Source: the human T2T-CHM13v2.0 reference genome, Homo sapiens
NCBI RefSeq assembly: GCF_009914755.1
Contig: NC_060928.1
Strand: one strand, 5' to 3'
Length of the DNA stretch: 64,000 bases
A model generated the notes under the pieces. It saw only the letters and a list, made by a program, of their open reading frames with translations. It ran no database searches and was not told the origin of the DNA. Shown piece after piece: positions 1 through 12,735 of this stretch (positions are counted from its first letter, which is position 1; each line of letters opens with the position of its first letter). A program made the translations under genes and the position numbers.

Positions 1-2
1 TT

Positions 3-532
3 TGTAAGAAAATATTTTAATTTTTTTTCCCTCTTCTGTTCTCTTTACTCCTTCTCCCCACTTCCTAGTTAGCTCTTTAGAAATGAAATTATAGATAGCC
101 TTTTACCTCCTCTTCACCAGGCACTCCCTACAAGGCAAGTTCATCTATGTGCTTAGCACCTCCAGAGCTAAACTCTTACCCACCAGAAGGTTGCCTTGAG
201 AGATAACAGTGAATTTACAACCCAAAGTATGCCTGGCTATAGTTTTTTCCCACCTTTAAAACCTGATTTTGCCCATGAAGACACTGACCCAACTGTCAAG
301 TAGGTAAGGCACCCAAGCTAGTACGAGGACGCTTCACTTGCACATTTTGTCCCCTGACTTTTAAAAGTGCCTGCTTTCTACTCCAAAAGCAAAGTGGTAC
401 CCTTAAGGCAGAAAGCCTGCACTTCTTCCCCTAGGCCAGCTTTAGAATAAAGTCATTTTCTTTATACCAAACCTTGCTCTTGTCAATTGAACTCTGCAAG
501 TGGTGAGTGACTGAACATGCCTTTTGGTTACA
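3..532 (+). mobile_element. Solo ERV1 (MER4-group, tentatively MER87-like) LTR
   Basis: TG...CA termini (tgtaagaa...ttttggttaca), AATAAA near 447 followed by a U5-like region; subfamily is tentative. Confidence 0.7.
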
Positions 533-913
533 TTAAAAAGAGCTGATGAGAAAATATATTTATACTCATTGTTTCAATATTTGTATTGAGGCCACTGACA
601 CTACCTTAGAGAGAAGAAGCTCTTCATCTTTCATGCATGAATTATATGTGAAAATGACCCTTTTTAGGAGCAGTGCATTAACCCATGCTACTTACAGTCT
701 GAAATTCTTGTCTCACCTGTGTCAACTTTGATCACCATTTCAACAAGCCCTGAGGAAAGATGTTTGACCTAAAAGTTGATGGTTTTCTCTGTAGTATATG
801 AAAATTCGTTTTCTTGGGTTTGGTCTTAATTGCAGTTGTTGGTAGAACATTAAACCACTCCCTGGGATTACATGATTACCTAGCACATTAGCTATCACAG
901 CAATTCTAGGAGC

Positions 914-970
914 TGATTTGCATTATCCCCAGATGCTTATAAAAGGGCAGAATATGTTCCAGGGTCAGGC
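914..970 (+). promoter_or_regulatory. Candidate octamer + TATA core promoter motif pair
   Basis: tgATTTGCAT at 914-923 and TATAAAAG at 938-945; motif match only. Confidence 0.25.
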
Positions 971-1429
971 AGCTGGTACATCAGATTTGCCTGATAACAA
1001 ACCTGGGTCCGCTGTATTTGATCATGCTAGTAGATTTTTTAAAGTAACTAAATGAAAACAAAAACAGAAACAAAACCCAAGCATCATAATGAAATAGTAC
1101 TTCTAATACAAACTTGAGGTTTTAATACAATCATCTTATTTACAAATGCCCAACTCAACTCAATAACATAGGATATAAAAGATTACGTACAATATTAAAG
1201 TTAGCATGGCAAATAAATGACATGATTGTTTTTTAAATTTTAATTAATATAAGCAAATAACTATACTAACATTCTACACCAATGCTCAAAACATTGTTAT
1301 TCATCACATCAATTGTCAAGTATTCAAGAATAAATTATTTATTGATTAACTTAGTTATAGTACTACTGATAAGAATATCTGATAGAGATTGACAGTTTAT
1401 TTGGTGGAGCCTGTACCAGGTGATTATAG

Positions 1430-1600
1430 TTATCCTTTCCTTTAATATACATGAAAACCATGAAAGTTAGATATTATCATTCTCATTCCGCATACATGAA
1501 AACTGAATCATAAAGAGATTAAGTACATCCTCCTGATAGCCCAGTTGGAAAGAGGGAGTCAAGATCTAAACATAAGCTCTCAGACTCTCAATCTCTTACT
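1430..1600 (-). mobile_element. MIR SINE
   Basis: Reverse complement of the MIR core (attatcattctcatt...gaaaactgaatcataaagagattaagt). Confidence 0.65.
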
Positions 1601-2049
1601 TTTTAACCCCACTCCATCATGGTGTCAAACCATTTACTTTCTTGGTTTTATCATTGTATTGCATTGCTCTACTTTTGTTCACGTCCTTACTGTTTTTGTG
1701 TTTTTTTTTATGTTTTGGCTGTCTCCCTCATAATGACTGCTTTCACTACCAAGGCAATTCTGCCAGGAGATTCCTCCATTATTCCTCAACATTCCCCTGA
1801 AGTTGATGTTTGAGGGGACATTAAACCTTCTGGATTTGGTTGTAGAATAGGCACAGGTGAGTTACCACAGGCACCTTTTCTACTACTCTCCTCTCTTGAC
1901 TTTTATTATTCTCCTCTTTTTAAAAAATATAATTAATTAGTATTAATTATTTGATTCATTTTCAGGAGTTAAATTACTTTCTTTATACTCAAATGCATTT
2001 ATTTCTTCTTTTCTCTATTGGCTATCTCCCTTAATGGATTTGAAAATCA

Positions 2050-2165
2050 TTTCAGTTCAAATCTCAGTCTATTATTTACCAGACGTATGAACTTTCTGAT
2101 GTTATTTTTTTTCTGTGTCTAAGTTTTTCCATGGAAGACAAAACAAAATAATAATGCCTACCTCT
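2050..2165 (+). mobile_element. MIR SINE fragment
   Basis: gttcaaatctcagtct...tctgtgtctaagttttt...aataatgcctacctc resembles the MIR core. Confidence 0.5.
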
Positions 2166-2304
2166 ATCAGTCTGGATCCAGGACGCCCTATTTCTTGTCA
2201 TTTTGGGATGGATACAGAGGAAATGTAATTTTGGATGACAGGAAAGAAAAGGTTCTAGTAGATCGTACTTAAAAAAAAAAAAAAAAAAAAAACTATCATA
2301 TATT

Positions 2305-2638
<334 letters not shown>

Positions 2639-4718
2639 TTATTTTCATGAGTTCAAAGTGATTTTGTGATTATCTTTGACTGTTAAGTTCCTCAGGTAAA
2701 CATACAGCTGAATATCTAACTGGGAAAATAAATGAAGTGTTTGTCACGTAAAGGCCTGAGACAGAATCATTTTTATTTGATTCAGGTAAGTAGTACCAAG
2801 GCTAATTTTCTTTTTTTTTTTTTTTAGTGACAATCTTGAAATTTACTTCCAGGTTCAGAGATAATCTACATGATCAAAATGAACAAAAGTATCTCTTTTA
2901 CCTTTGTTCAAAATCTCAATCTATGGCTTTCTCATTTTCTCAAAGCATGTTGTAAATAAAATAGAGCTTCTCCTGCAGTTATTAATCAGTTGGTTTTTGT
3001 GTAAACAATTCCACAAACAAATTCACTCAGCCCTATTTAATAACTTAAGAATTGTTTTTGTATGCTAAAAATCCAAATAAATATTAATATAATTCTATAA
3101 TTACGAATTTATAAACAAACTGAAAATTCTAAAATTGCAGTGTGCTTTATAAACTGACCACAAGAAAGGACTAAGAATAATTGAAAAAAATACTGATGCT
3201 TGTGCCTATGTAAAAGTAAAGAAAGTAAACAAATCATTAAATTGCTTTGCTAGAGGAGTGAAATGTAAATCCACGGAGATGGTATTTTTATCACTACAAA
3301 GAGACATTGTTTGGATTCCACCAAACAATGTCTTTCAGCAAAACTTTTTTCTCTCAGCAAAACTGTTCACCACAGACCAGTAATTACCCTTGAGGGCCTT
3401 TGGTGAGAATTGAATTTTCATTCAATAAGGTTGACACTGGGTCTGGAGGGTAAGGGAGTAAAGCTAGCTGTTTGTAAATTAAATTATGAGGATAAAATAA
3501 AGATGCTAGGCTTGTCACTGTCAGTTAAATGGGATATTATTGAAGCTTTGGATAGGTAGTGACAAAAACAGCTCTTTATCCTTCCCCTTTTGTCTTGTTG
3601 AATTTATGGACGTAAAGATGTAAGAAAATCTTAAATTTGAGCTTAGATTTCTTTTTCTAGCAACAAAACAGTTTGAGTATATACACCAACAGGTATCATC
3701 TTTATTAATAGAAATATGTATTGTAAAAGCATTACATAATATATAATCCAATTAATTCCTTGAAATATTCAATATGCATGTCTTATATAATGTAAGAGGG
3801 AGAACATAGCTTATTATTTGACCATATTATTTATGTACACCTAATTTAATAAAATGAGTAATTCCATTTATATACATGAATATATATGTGTGATATGTAT
3901 ATATTTTGTGTGTATATATATTAATGTGTGTATAAATACATAGACTCTTGGGCAAAACAACACATGCAATAGAACCAAAAAATATAATTTTCTTCTGTTG
4001 TCAATTGACATTTAAATTGACAATAGACATTTGTCCAGAGAGTATGTTAGTAAATATAACTTTGATCCACGCAGTCACTAATGGCAAACAGACTAAAGCG
4101 TATTTTCATTGAAATGACCATTCGTAGATTGAGTTAGAAAATTCATTGCTGGTGCTGTTCATTTTTTGGCATGAGTTAGATTAGCTTAATGCATGTTAGA
4201 GAACTTCTGAGCTCTGTACTAAAGTTATATCATATGGACCTTCTGGGTAAATTATTTAATGGACTACTGGAAGAAAGCACATAATTTGTGCCTATTTAAG
4301 TACATAAGCCTAACCGAGTGGGTCAGAATTTGAATGTAGTATATTTTAATGCGTATGTTCAGGTAATTAAACTGTAACTTGATTTTTTTTTCCTTTGGTA
4401 GTCTTGTGTGAAAGAATGAAATAGACACATGCCTTATATGTTCAAAATTTAATGCCTCTTGAGGAAATTATGAAGGTAAACAGAAGAGATCCTCCACCAC
4501 CTTTATCTCCTCGCTTTATCTACTCCCCTGTCTGCAGGAATGCCAAGATGCTCTGTCCACCTTGGCATTGTGACTGATAACTTCAGAGGCTCCTGTCTAA
4601 TACCAGTCCCACCTTATTCCTATCCATTAGGACTCATTCTTTCCTTCAGGCCCAACGAGTTACTCTTGAAATTATTCCTTTTCTCTTCTGTGTCATGCTA
4701 TTATCCTTTTGATTGAAG

Positions 4719-4814
4719 CATTCAATCTGCTTGTCTATGGCTTTTATTCTATATGACAAACAAAACAAATACACCAAAGAACAACAATAGCAACAACCAC
4801 CTCTGTAACAACAC
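4719..4814 (+). repeat. Left arm of ~100-bp dispersed inverted repeat (partner 8491-8590)
   Basis: cattcaatctgcttgtctatg...ccacctctgtaacaacac is the reverse complement of 8491-8590 apart from a few substitutions and a 4-bp indel. Confidence 0.95.
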
Positions 4815-4939
4815 TTTTTTTTTCCAGCTTTTGCACAATTTCTTTGCCCTTCTTTAGAGCAAACCCTCTTGAGAACATTATTTTTACTTGCTGCTTTTTC
4901 TCTCAATCTTTTAAACTCACTCTCATCTGATTTTCACTC

Positions 4940-5165
4940 TGTGGTATGCTGATAAATATTTTAACAACCAGCTTTCTGCAGAACAAAGCTCTAATCTGAA
5001 ATGTTTTCTGAGATTCACAGTATAAATACCTACTCCCACTAGAGTAAATTTTAAGATATCAGGGCTCATTTCAAGCTACTCGATGTGGTGTTTGAAAGAG
5101 ATATGGCTTCTTTGAAGTGTTGTGCTTTATTTTCTTTTTTCGTAAGAGCCAGTTCAAACATTCCA
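4940..5165. mobile_element. MER63-like hAT MITE
   Basis: gtggtatgctgataaatattttaacaaccagct...atttcaagctac...gagccagttcaaaca resembles MER63A. Confidence 0.65.
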
Positions 5166-5691
5166 ATCTACACCTGACCACCTTGCTAAAACTGTTCTCT
5201 TAAATTTACTCAAGTGGGGTTTTGAACCCCTGATGCCTTCACCACCAAAACAGCTGTACTAAGATTACTAATGATCTCAAGTTGCTAAATCCAATATTCA
5301 TTGTCAGCATCTTCTTGTTCCATCTAACAGCAGCATTTTACACAATTAAATCCATGATAGTCCTTTAAATACTTTCTTCAATTGGATTCAGCACTCTTTA
5401 CTTCTCTTACCATCTCCCTACCTTATTAGCTGTTTTCTTCTCTGACTTTATTGCTGGATTCTCTTTTTAAAAACCTTTTAGTATTGGAGTGACCCACTAC
5501 TAGGATTTGATATATCAAGACTATCTACATCCTTTAGTAATCTCAGCTAGTCTTCTGGCTTTATATACCATTCCCAGAACAACAACGCCTCAATACATAG
5601 GTGTATGCATATTAGGAAACACTGTTTCTATATGTAGTCGGGGAATGTGCCCTGACTGCAAAATCCTATATGCAACTGCTTACTGGACAGC

Positions 5692-7457
5692 TGTTGAAAG
5701 AAATATAATTAAAAACAAAATCTCCCACCAGCCCCCAAAACCTCTCCACAAAGATAAGAGAGAAAAAATTATTATTATTGAATAACTATTAAACCAGAAT
5801 GTGATAAGCATCAGGGGTAATCTAAGAAGTTGCAAAGACTATAAGAAATCTCATCCTTTATACAGCCAAGCAGATGCAACCCATTACATATAAGTTCTCA
5901 AGATTAAAAAATAATAATAATTAGTTCTCAAGTAAGAGGACTTGACAGCACCATTAGTCACAATTCATCCTAATATTGCTTGGTGATTGGCTGATTATCT
6001 GTGTTAGCTAATTGACATTATCCAAAGGAATAATAAACTTCTATCTCTATGACAAGACGTACTTTTGCAACTTGGAAAATGAGGTCCTCTGAAGTGAGGT
6101 ATCAGGGGAACCTGCCCCCGATTTCACATAGGTTCTTTTCTATTTTCCCTAAACATCAGCTGGTTTGAGAAATAAAGGGACAGAGTACAAAAGAGAGAAA
6201 TTTTAAAGCTGGGCATCCGGGGGAGACACCACATGTCAGTAGGTTCCGTGATGTCCCACAAGCCGTAAAACCAGCAAGTTTTTATTAGTGATTTTCAAAA
6301 GGGGAGGAAGCCTATGAATAGGGTGTGGGTCACAGAGATCACGTGCTTCACAAGGTAATAGAATATCACAAGGCAAATGGAGGCAGAGCGAGATCACAGG
6401 ACCACAGTACCTGGGCAAAATTAAAATTGCTAATGAAGTTTTGGGCACCATTGTCATTGATAACATCTTATCAGGAGACAGGGTTTGAGCAGACAACCGG
6501 TCTGACCAAAAATTTATTAGGCGGGAATTTCCTCTTCCTAATAAGCCTGGGAGCACTACCAGAGACTGGGGCTTATTTCATCCCTACAGCTCGACCATAA
6601 AAGACGGCTGCACCCAAGGGGGCCCTTTTAGAGGCCTACCCTCAAGGACACATTCTCTTTCTCAGGGATGTTCCTTGCTGAGAAAAAGAATTCAGTCATA
6701 TTTCTCCCATTTGCTTTTGAAAGAAGAGAAATATGACTCTGTTCCACCCAGCTCACCAGCAGTCAGAGTTTAAGGTTATCTCTCTTGTTCCCTGAACATT
6801 GCTGTTATCCTGTTCTTTTTTCAAGGTGCCCAGATTTCATATTATTCTAACAAATATGCTCTACAAATAATTTGTGCAGTTAACGCAATCATCACAGGGT
6901 CCTGAGGCGACATACATCCTCAGCTTACGAAAATGACGGGATGAAGAGATTAAAGACAGGCATAGGAAATCACAAGGGTATTGATTGGGGAAATGATAAG
7001 TGTCCATGAAATCTTCATAATTTATGTTCAGAGATTGCAGTAAAGACAGGCATAAGAAATTATAAAAGTATTAATTTGGGTATCTAATAAATGTCCATGA
7101 AATCTTCACAATTTATGTTCTTCCATCATGGCTTCAGCTGGTCCCTCCATTTGGGGTCCCTGACTTCCTGCAACAGTGAGGTCCCTAGGATCCCACAGAA
7201 GGTAGGAGATAATGGTGCTATTCTCCTTGATTATTACATTTCAAGGAGATGGTTCCTAAGTCCTTGAGAAAAGCAACCTTGGGTCATGTACGTGGAAGAG
7301 GATTATTTAGCTTTTACAAAGACCTACATACATTTCAAATAGTGAAAGAACTTAAGTTTTTAAAGTAATGGCTCTATGAAAAGGGAGGGACAGTCTTTTT
7401 CCTTACTATCAACAGGGATAATTAGTTTCTTATTTGTAGTTTGTACTTGCCCCTGCA
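5692..7457 (-). mobile_element. MER67-like ERV1 solo LTR, split by MER11
   Basis: tgttg...ccctgca termini; two halves (5692-6099 and 7176-7457) are homologous to the 16299-16936 copy. Confidence 0.75.
6100..7175 (-). mobile_element. MER11 (HERV-K11/HML-8) solo LTR, MER11C-like
   Basis: Reverse complement begins tgttgcaggaagtcagggacccc; 1076 bp; perfect 6-bp TSD GTGAGG at 6094-6099 and 7176-7181. Confidence 0.93.
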
Positions 7458-8069
7458 ATCTCTTCTTTGTGTTATTATAAAATAGTAACACTATAATGTT
7501 TCTAATTATTTTTATTGTTATTTCTACCCTTTTGGGGGGGAAGATGCAGCTGTCTAAAATCCAAGCCCATAGTAAAAACAAAGCAAATCAATAATTAGTA
7601 TCATGATAGAATAATAGAATTACTAAATTTTTTAAAAGTAAAATACATGATTTGAGTTTAAGAAATAGCCTTTGAATATATTATACCACAGGTTAAAACT
7701 TAAATAATACTCATCATTAGTAATTCACAGAGATTTCTCCAAGTCCTATGACTATATGAATTTTATGAATCTATATGAATTTTATGAATTTGTATAGTGT
7801 CTTTATGGCTTCCATTTTCAGATGTTTAAGTATAATTTGATAGTTGCTTATGAAGACTTACCCAATCCCAGCCTCAGGAGTCATTTAGCACTGAAGCCTT
7901 AAAATCTATTTTTTTTATTATAAATGTTACAATAAAAGAAAGCCATGTCTTACTGATTGAAAAAAAAAATCCCAGCCTTTAGCTGGGAGCACAGATCAAA
8001 GTAAGTTCTCATTAGAAATCAAATATGATCCTTCACAATTTGTTTATTTACAAATCTGTATTGTTTATT

Positions 8070-8266
8070 TAATTCTTTTTTGAATTTATTTTTCTTAATT
8101 TGACAAAATTATATGTATCTATTATGTACAATATGTTGCCTTGAAACACATATACGTTGTGGAATGCTTAAAAGTAGCTGCTTAATATATGCATCACTAC
8201 ACATTTTTCTCACTTTTTGGAGAGAACATTTAACACCCACTTTTCTAGCATTTCTGGAGCACAGTA
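8070..8266 (-). mobile_element. Old L1M (L1MA/MB) 3' end fragment
   Basis: T-rich tail followed by aattatatgtatctattatgtacaatatg...tatacgttgtggaatg. Confidence 0.65.
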
Positions 8267-8491
8267 CAGATTAAGTATCCCTTATCCAAAATGCTTGGGA
8301 TCAGAAGTATTTTGGATTTTAATTTTGGAGGAATTTTTGGAATATTTGTATTATATATTTACCACTTTTGCATTCCTAGTCCAAAAATCTGAAATCCAAA
8401 ATTCTCCAAAGAGCATTTCCCTTAAGAGTCATGTTGATGTTCAAAAAGTTGTGAAGTTTGGATCATTTTCCAGATACAGATACTCAACCTG
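8267..8491. mobile_element. Tigger4a (MER46/Zombi) MITE
   Basis: TIRs cagattaagtatccc / gatactcaacctg after a TA; body aaatgcttgggatcagaagt...gagcatttccc. Confidence 0.88.
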
Positions 8492-8590
8492 TGTTGTTAC
8501 AGAGGTGGTTGTTGCTATTGCTGTTCTTTGGTGTATTTGTTTTGTTTGTCAAATAGAAGAAATAAAAGGCATAGACAAGCAGATTGAATG
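8491..8590 (-). repeat. Right arm of ~100-bp dispersed inverted repeat (partner 4719-4814)
   Basis: gtgttgttacagaggtgg...gacaagcagattgaatg is the reverse complement of 4719-4814. Confidence 0.95.
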
Positions 8591-8638
8591 GGGATAATTG
8601 AAGGAGAGTCCTATTTCTCAATATTTCTTTGCCTTATC

Positions 8639-9037
8639 TGTCTTAGTCTGTTTCCTGTTGCTATAACAGAATACCACAGACTAGGTAATTTATAAAGAAC
8701 AGAAGTTTATTCAGCTCACATTTGTGAAAAATGCAATGTTTGACCATGGTGTCATTATCGGTTGAAGGCCATCATGCTATGTTATTCCATTGCAAAAGAG
8801 TGAACAGACAACCAATTGTGTGTGAAAAGAAAGTATGAGGGACCAACTTTGCTTTTAGAATAATGATATAATAATCTGCAATTGAGATAAATAATCCTCT
8901 TTCATGACAACATTAATTCATCAATGAGGGATCTGTCTTTGTAAATCAATAAATTAGGCTGCACATCCTAACACTGTTCCATTAAATATTAAATTTTCAG
9001 CACATGAAATTTTGAGGGACACATTCAAACCATACGA
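8639..9037 (-). mobile_element. MaLR LTR (MLT1A/MSTC-like)
   Basis: tgtcttagtctgtttcctgttgctataacagaataccacagact...gggacacattcaaaccata. Confidence 0.85.
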
Positions 9038-9323
9038 CTTTCTACATGTTCACTTTAAAGTTTTTTTTTCTTGCAAGACCCAGTAAATTCATCCTACGTT
9101 TCAGTCAGTCCCATAAGTTCCATGATACTACATGACAATTTAGTCTATTTAGCCATCGTTCTATCTTCCCAAATAATTGTTCTCCGATGTGGAAATCAAA
9201 GACACCAGAGTCATTATCTAGTATTAGAGCCTTATAATGAGACCTCATTTAAAGGTACAGATTGAATTTCCAGTGTTTAATGTAAATGGCTCTCATTGTT
9301 TTAAGTCTTGAAAACAAACCCAA

Positions 9324-9741
9324 TGCATTAGTCTGTTCTTGCATTGCTATAAAATACCTGAGACTAGGTAATTTATAAAGAAAAGAGGTTTAACTGGTTC
9401 ACAGTTCCATAGGCTGTACAGAAAGCATGATGCTGGCATCTGCTCAGTTTCTGGGGAGGCCTTAGGAAACTTACAATCATGATGGAAGACAAAGGAGAAA
9501 CCAGCCCTTCACATGATCAGAGAAGGAGGAGAGAGAGAGGTGGGAGCACCTACACATTTTTAAACAACCAGATCTCATGAGAACTTACTATTGTGACTCC
9601 ACCTCCAAGGGGGATGGTACTACATTGTTCATGAGAAACCTCCCCCATGATCCAATCACCTTCCACAATGCCCCACCTTCTACATTGGGGATTACAATTC
9701 CACATGAGGTTTGGGATGAGACACAGATCCAAACCATATCA
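9324..9741 (-). mobile_element. MSTA MaLR LTR
   Basis: tgcattagtctgttcttgcattgctataaa...acacagatccaaaccatatca. Confidence 0.9.
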
Positions 9742-10146
9742 CTCGCCCTATAGCTTTTTTGGTTTGTTTTTTGTTTTGCTTGCTTGCTTTGCATTGGATC
9801 TAAAACAATGGTTACCCAGTTTAACAGTGAACTTGACCTCTCTGAATAACAGAATTTCATCTTTGTGTATTTCTCTATATGGAACTGGAGAGAACTTGCT
9901 TCTTAATGTTTATCAGGTGACATTAAATCTGCCTTTTACAGTATCTACTCTGAGCTATCAGATTTTAATTTGTCTATTAATTAGATATTTTCTTTTCCTA
10001 CATCTTCCTTCAAAAAAAATTTTTGTGTCAAATTTAGAGCTGAAGTACCTGGATGAATATTAATTACTTTTACTTTATTATCAAAAAATTGCTAATGAAG
10101 ATGATTCACTTTCATTAATCAATAGTCAGATTGCTGAATTTATAAA

Positions 10147-10521
10147 TGTTCTGATTTAAATATGTTCTCCAAAGTGTATGTGTTAGAAACTTAATTGCCA
10201 CCATAAAAATGTGAGGAGGTGGGACCTTTTGAGGTAATGAAGATTAGAAAAGGTCATCAGTGTAGCAGCTCCATGTTGGCACAAATGACTTTATAAAAAA
10301 AGAGAGAGAGTCCTAAACTGACATTCATGTTCTTGATCCTCTCAATCAATAATGTCTTCTTCCATATTTTGACGCAGCAAAAATGTCCTCATCAGATGTC
10401 AGTGCTATGCTCTTGGACTTCCCAGACTCCAGGATTGTAAGAAATAAATGTCTTTTATTTTATAAATTACCCAATCTAGAGTATATTGTTAATGTAACAA
10501 AAAAAAAAAAAGTCTAAGACA
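10147..10521 (+). mobile_element. MST (MSTB/C-like) MaLR LTR
   Basis: tgttctgatttaaatatgtt...cttggacttcccagactccag...ctaagaca; 5-bp TSD ataaa/ataag. Confidence 0.85.
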
Positions 10522-10885
10522 ATAAGCCCAGACCGTGTTTATAATGGGAGTGCAGTTTATAGCTGACCAGAAATGAGATTATGGGATTATTACTGGGATA
10601 CAGAAAGGAGTAATGTAACAAATGTCATTTATTTTCTAATAATTTGTGATTCTTAAACTAATTTAAATAACTCTACTGTAAATAGGACAGCAAAGTAGTC
10701 TATGAGAATAGTAATAGGGTTGCTGGAATACATCCTTTCAGTTAAGTTTGATACCAATACCAGTTACCATAGGGAACTTAAATGTTAAATACTTTTGGGG
10801 AACTGGGAACTATAGTCCAGTACTCCTGAGAAGCTTGCTTCCCATGGGAAGCCCAAATCTAGCTGTCTTGCTGTCTTGTTTTTTG

Positions 10886-10886
<1 letters not shown>

Positions 10887-10922
<36 letters not shown>
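10887..10922. repeat. (TG)n microsatellite
   Basis: About 18 TG units. Confidence 0.95.
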
Positions 10923-10923
<1 letters not shown>

Positions 10924-11307
10924 TCAGCAACACTTTGAAGAATGTCTTCTAGTGTAGTGACAACTAGTCTTTCCTGCAGAACACACTTATGTAGATGACA
11001 TCTCCTGGGCAACCAATGTGGCAGACTTCTTACAGCTTGTTGTCTCATGTGCTTATGAATTATCTTAGGGTTTCTATGGGGAAAAAGAAGCCATTCCAAG
11101 TATTTAACAGGATTATTAATAGATTCAGTTAAACTGGGCACAATACATGGTCTCAGTCCCAAACCCATAGGCTGTCCACACATAAACTTAAAAGGAAAGA
11201 TTTTTGTTTCTCTGCGGGTATCAGTCCATTTTTCTAACAAGGCTAGTGGTGAAGTTCTAGGCCATCTTAACAGTGTTATATAATATTAGCCAGTGACATT
11301 TTTAGTA

Positions 11308-12735
11308 GGCTTTATTTATTAGAGCGGTTTTAAGTTCAGCAAAATTAAGTGGAAAGTACAGAGAGTTTTCATGTACCCACCCCTTTCATGTACAGCTTCT
11401 TTCTGGTCAACATCCCACATTACTGTGGCACATTTGTTACAATCTATAAACCTACATTGATATATCATCGGCACCTCAATTCTATAGTTTACATTAGAGT
11501 TTGCTCTTGGTGTTGTACATTCTATGGATTTTGACAAATGTATAATAACATTTGAATAGAAATTCATCATTGCAGTATCACACAAAATAGTTTTATTGCT
11601 CTAAAAATTCCTTTTGCTCCATGTACTTACTCATCCCTCCTGCTTACCCCAGTGAACCACTGATATTCTTGCTGATTCATAGTTTTGCCTTTTCCAGAAT
11701 GTCATATTGTTGGAATCATATGGTGTGATGCTTTTATAGATCAATTTCATTCACTTAGTAATATGCATTTAAATTTGTTCCATGTCTTCACATCTTGTTA
11801 GCTCATTTATTTTTAGTGCTGAATAATACTTGATAATCTGGATGTACCACAGTTTATTCTTAAACTAACTGAAGGACCTCTTGGTTGCTTCCAAGTTTTG
11901 GCAATTGTGAATAAAACTACTATAAACATTCATATACAGGTTTTTTTTGTGTGAACATGTTTTTGACTTATCTGAGTAGTACTAAAGAGCATGTGATCAG
12001 TGGATCAGATGGTAAGAGTATGTTAATATTTTTTAAAACTATCAAGCTATCTGCCAAAGTAACAGTACCATTTGCATTCCTGCTAGCAAAGAAGAGAGAA
12101 CCAGTTGCTGTGCATCCTTGCTAGCATTTGGTATTATTAATGTTACGGATTTGGGCCATTCTAATATGCATGTAGTGGTGTTTCATTGGCATCTTAATTT
12201 GTAGTTCTCTAAAGACATATGATGTGCAACATCTTTTCATATGCTTATTTCCACTAGTATATCTCTTTTGGTGAGGTGTCTGTTTAGGTCTTTGGCTCAC
12301 TTTTTAAGAGTTGCTCATTTTTTATCTTTGACTTTTAAGAGTTATATATATATATATTGGATAGCCATCCTCCATTAGATATAGCTTTGAAAAATATTTT
12401 TGCCCAGTCTGTAGCTTGTCATCTCATACTCTTGACAGTACCTTTTGTGTACCAAGTTATATGATAATAATTATTCACAATTTTAACAAAATTCAGCTTC
12501 TCATTTATTTCACTGATCGTGGCTTTGGTCTTAAATCTAATAAGTCACTTCACACCCAAGGCCATCCAGATTTACTTCTGTGTTATTTTCTAGGAGTTTT
12601 ATAATTTTATATTTACATTTAGGTCTATGATCTTTGTTAATTTTCGTGAAAAGTGTTAAGGTTTTTGTCTAGATGCATTTCCTAAAATGGATGTCCAGTT
12701 GTCTAGCATCGTTTGTTGAAAATACTATTTTTTCC
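11308..12735 (-). mobile_element. L1MC-type LINE 3' fragment
   Basis: L1MC1-like 3' UTR (aaaattaagtggaaagtacagagagtt) continuing into degenerate ORF2 3' sequence. Confidence 0.85.

Larger units (their letters stand above)
4480..5691 (+). mobile_element. L2 LINE fragment (RT region), interrupted by MER63
   Basis: aatgatctcaagttgctaaatccaat...cagcagcattttacacaatt matches degenerate L2 ORF2. Confidence 0.75.

Noticed and set aside
6950-7120. ~90-bp tandem duplication
   Set aside because: Intrinsic feature of the MER11 LTR consensus.
8217-8597. 126-aa ORF
   Set aside because: It spans L1M, Tigger4a and the inverted copy, has a non-ATG start, and is a chance reading frame.
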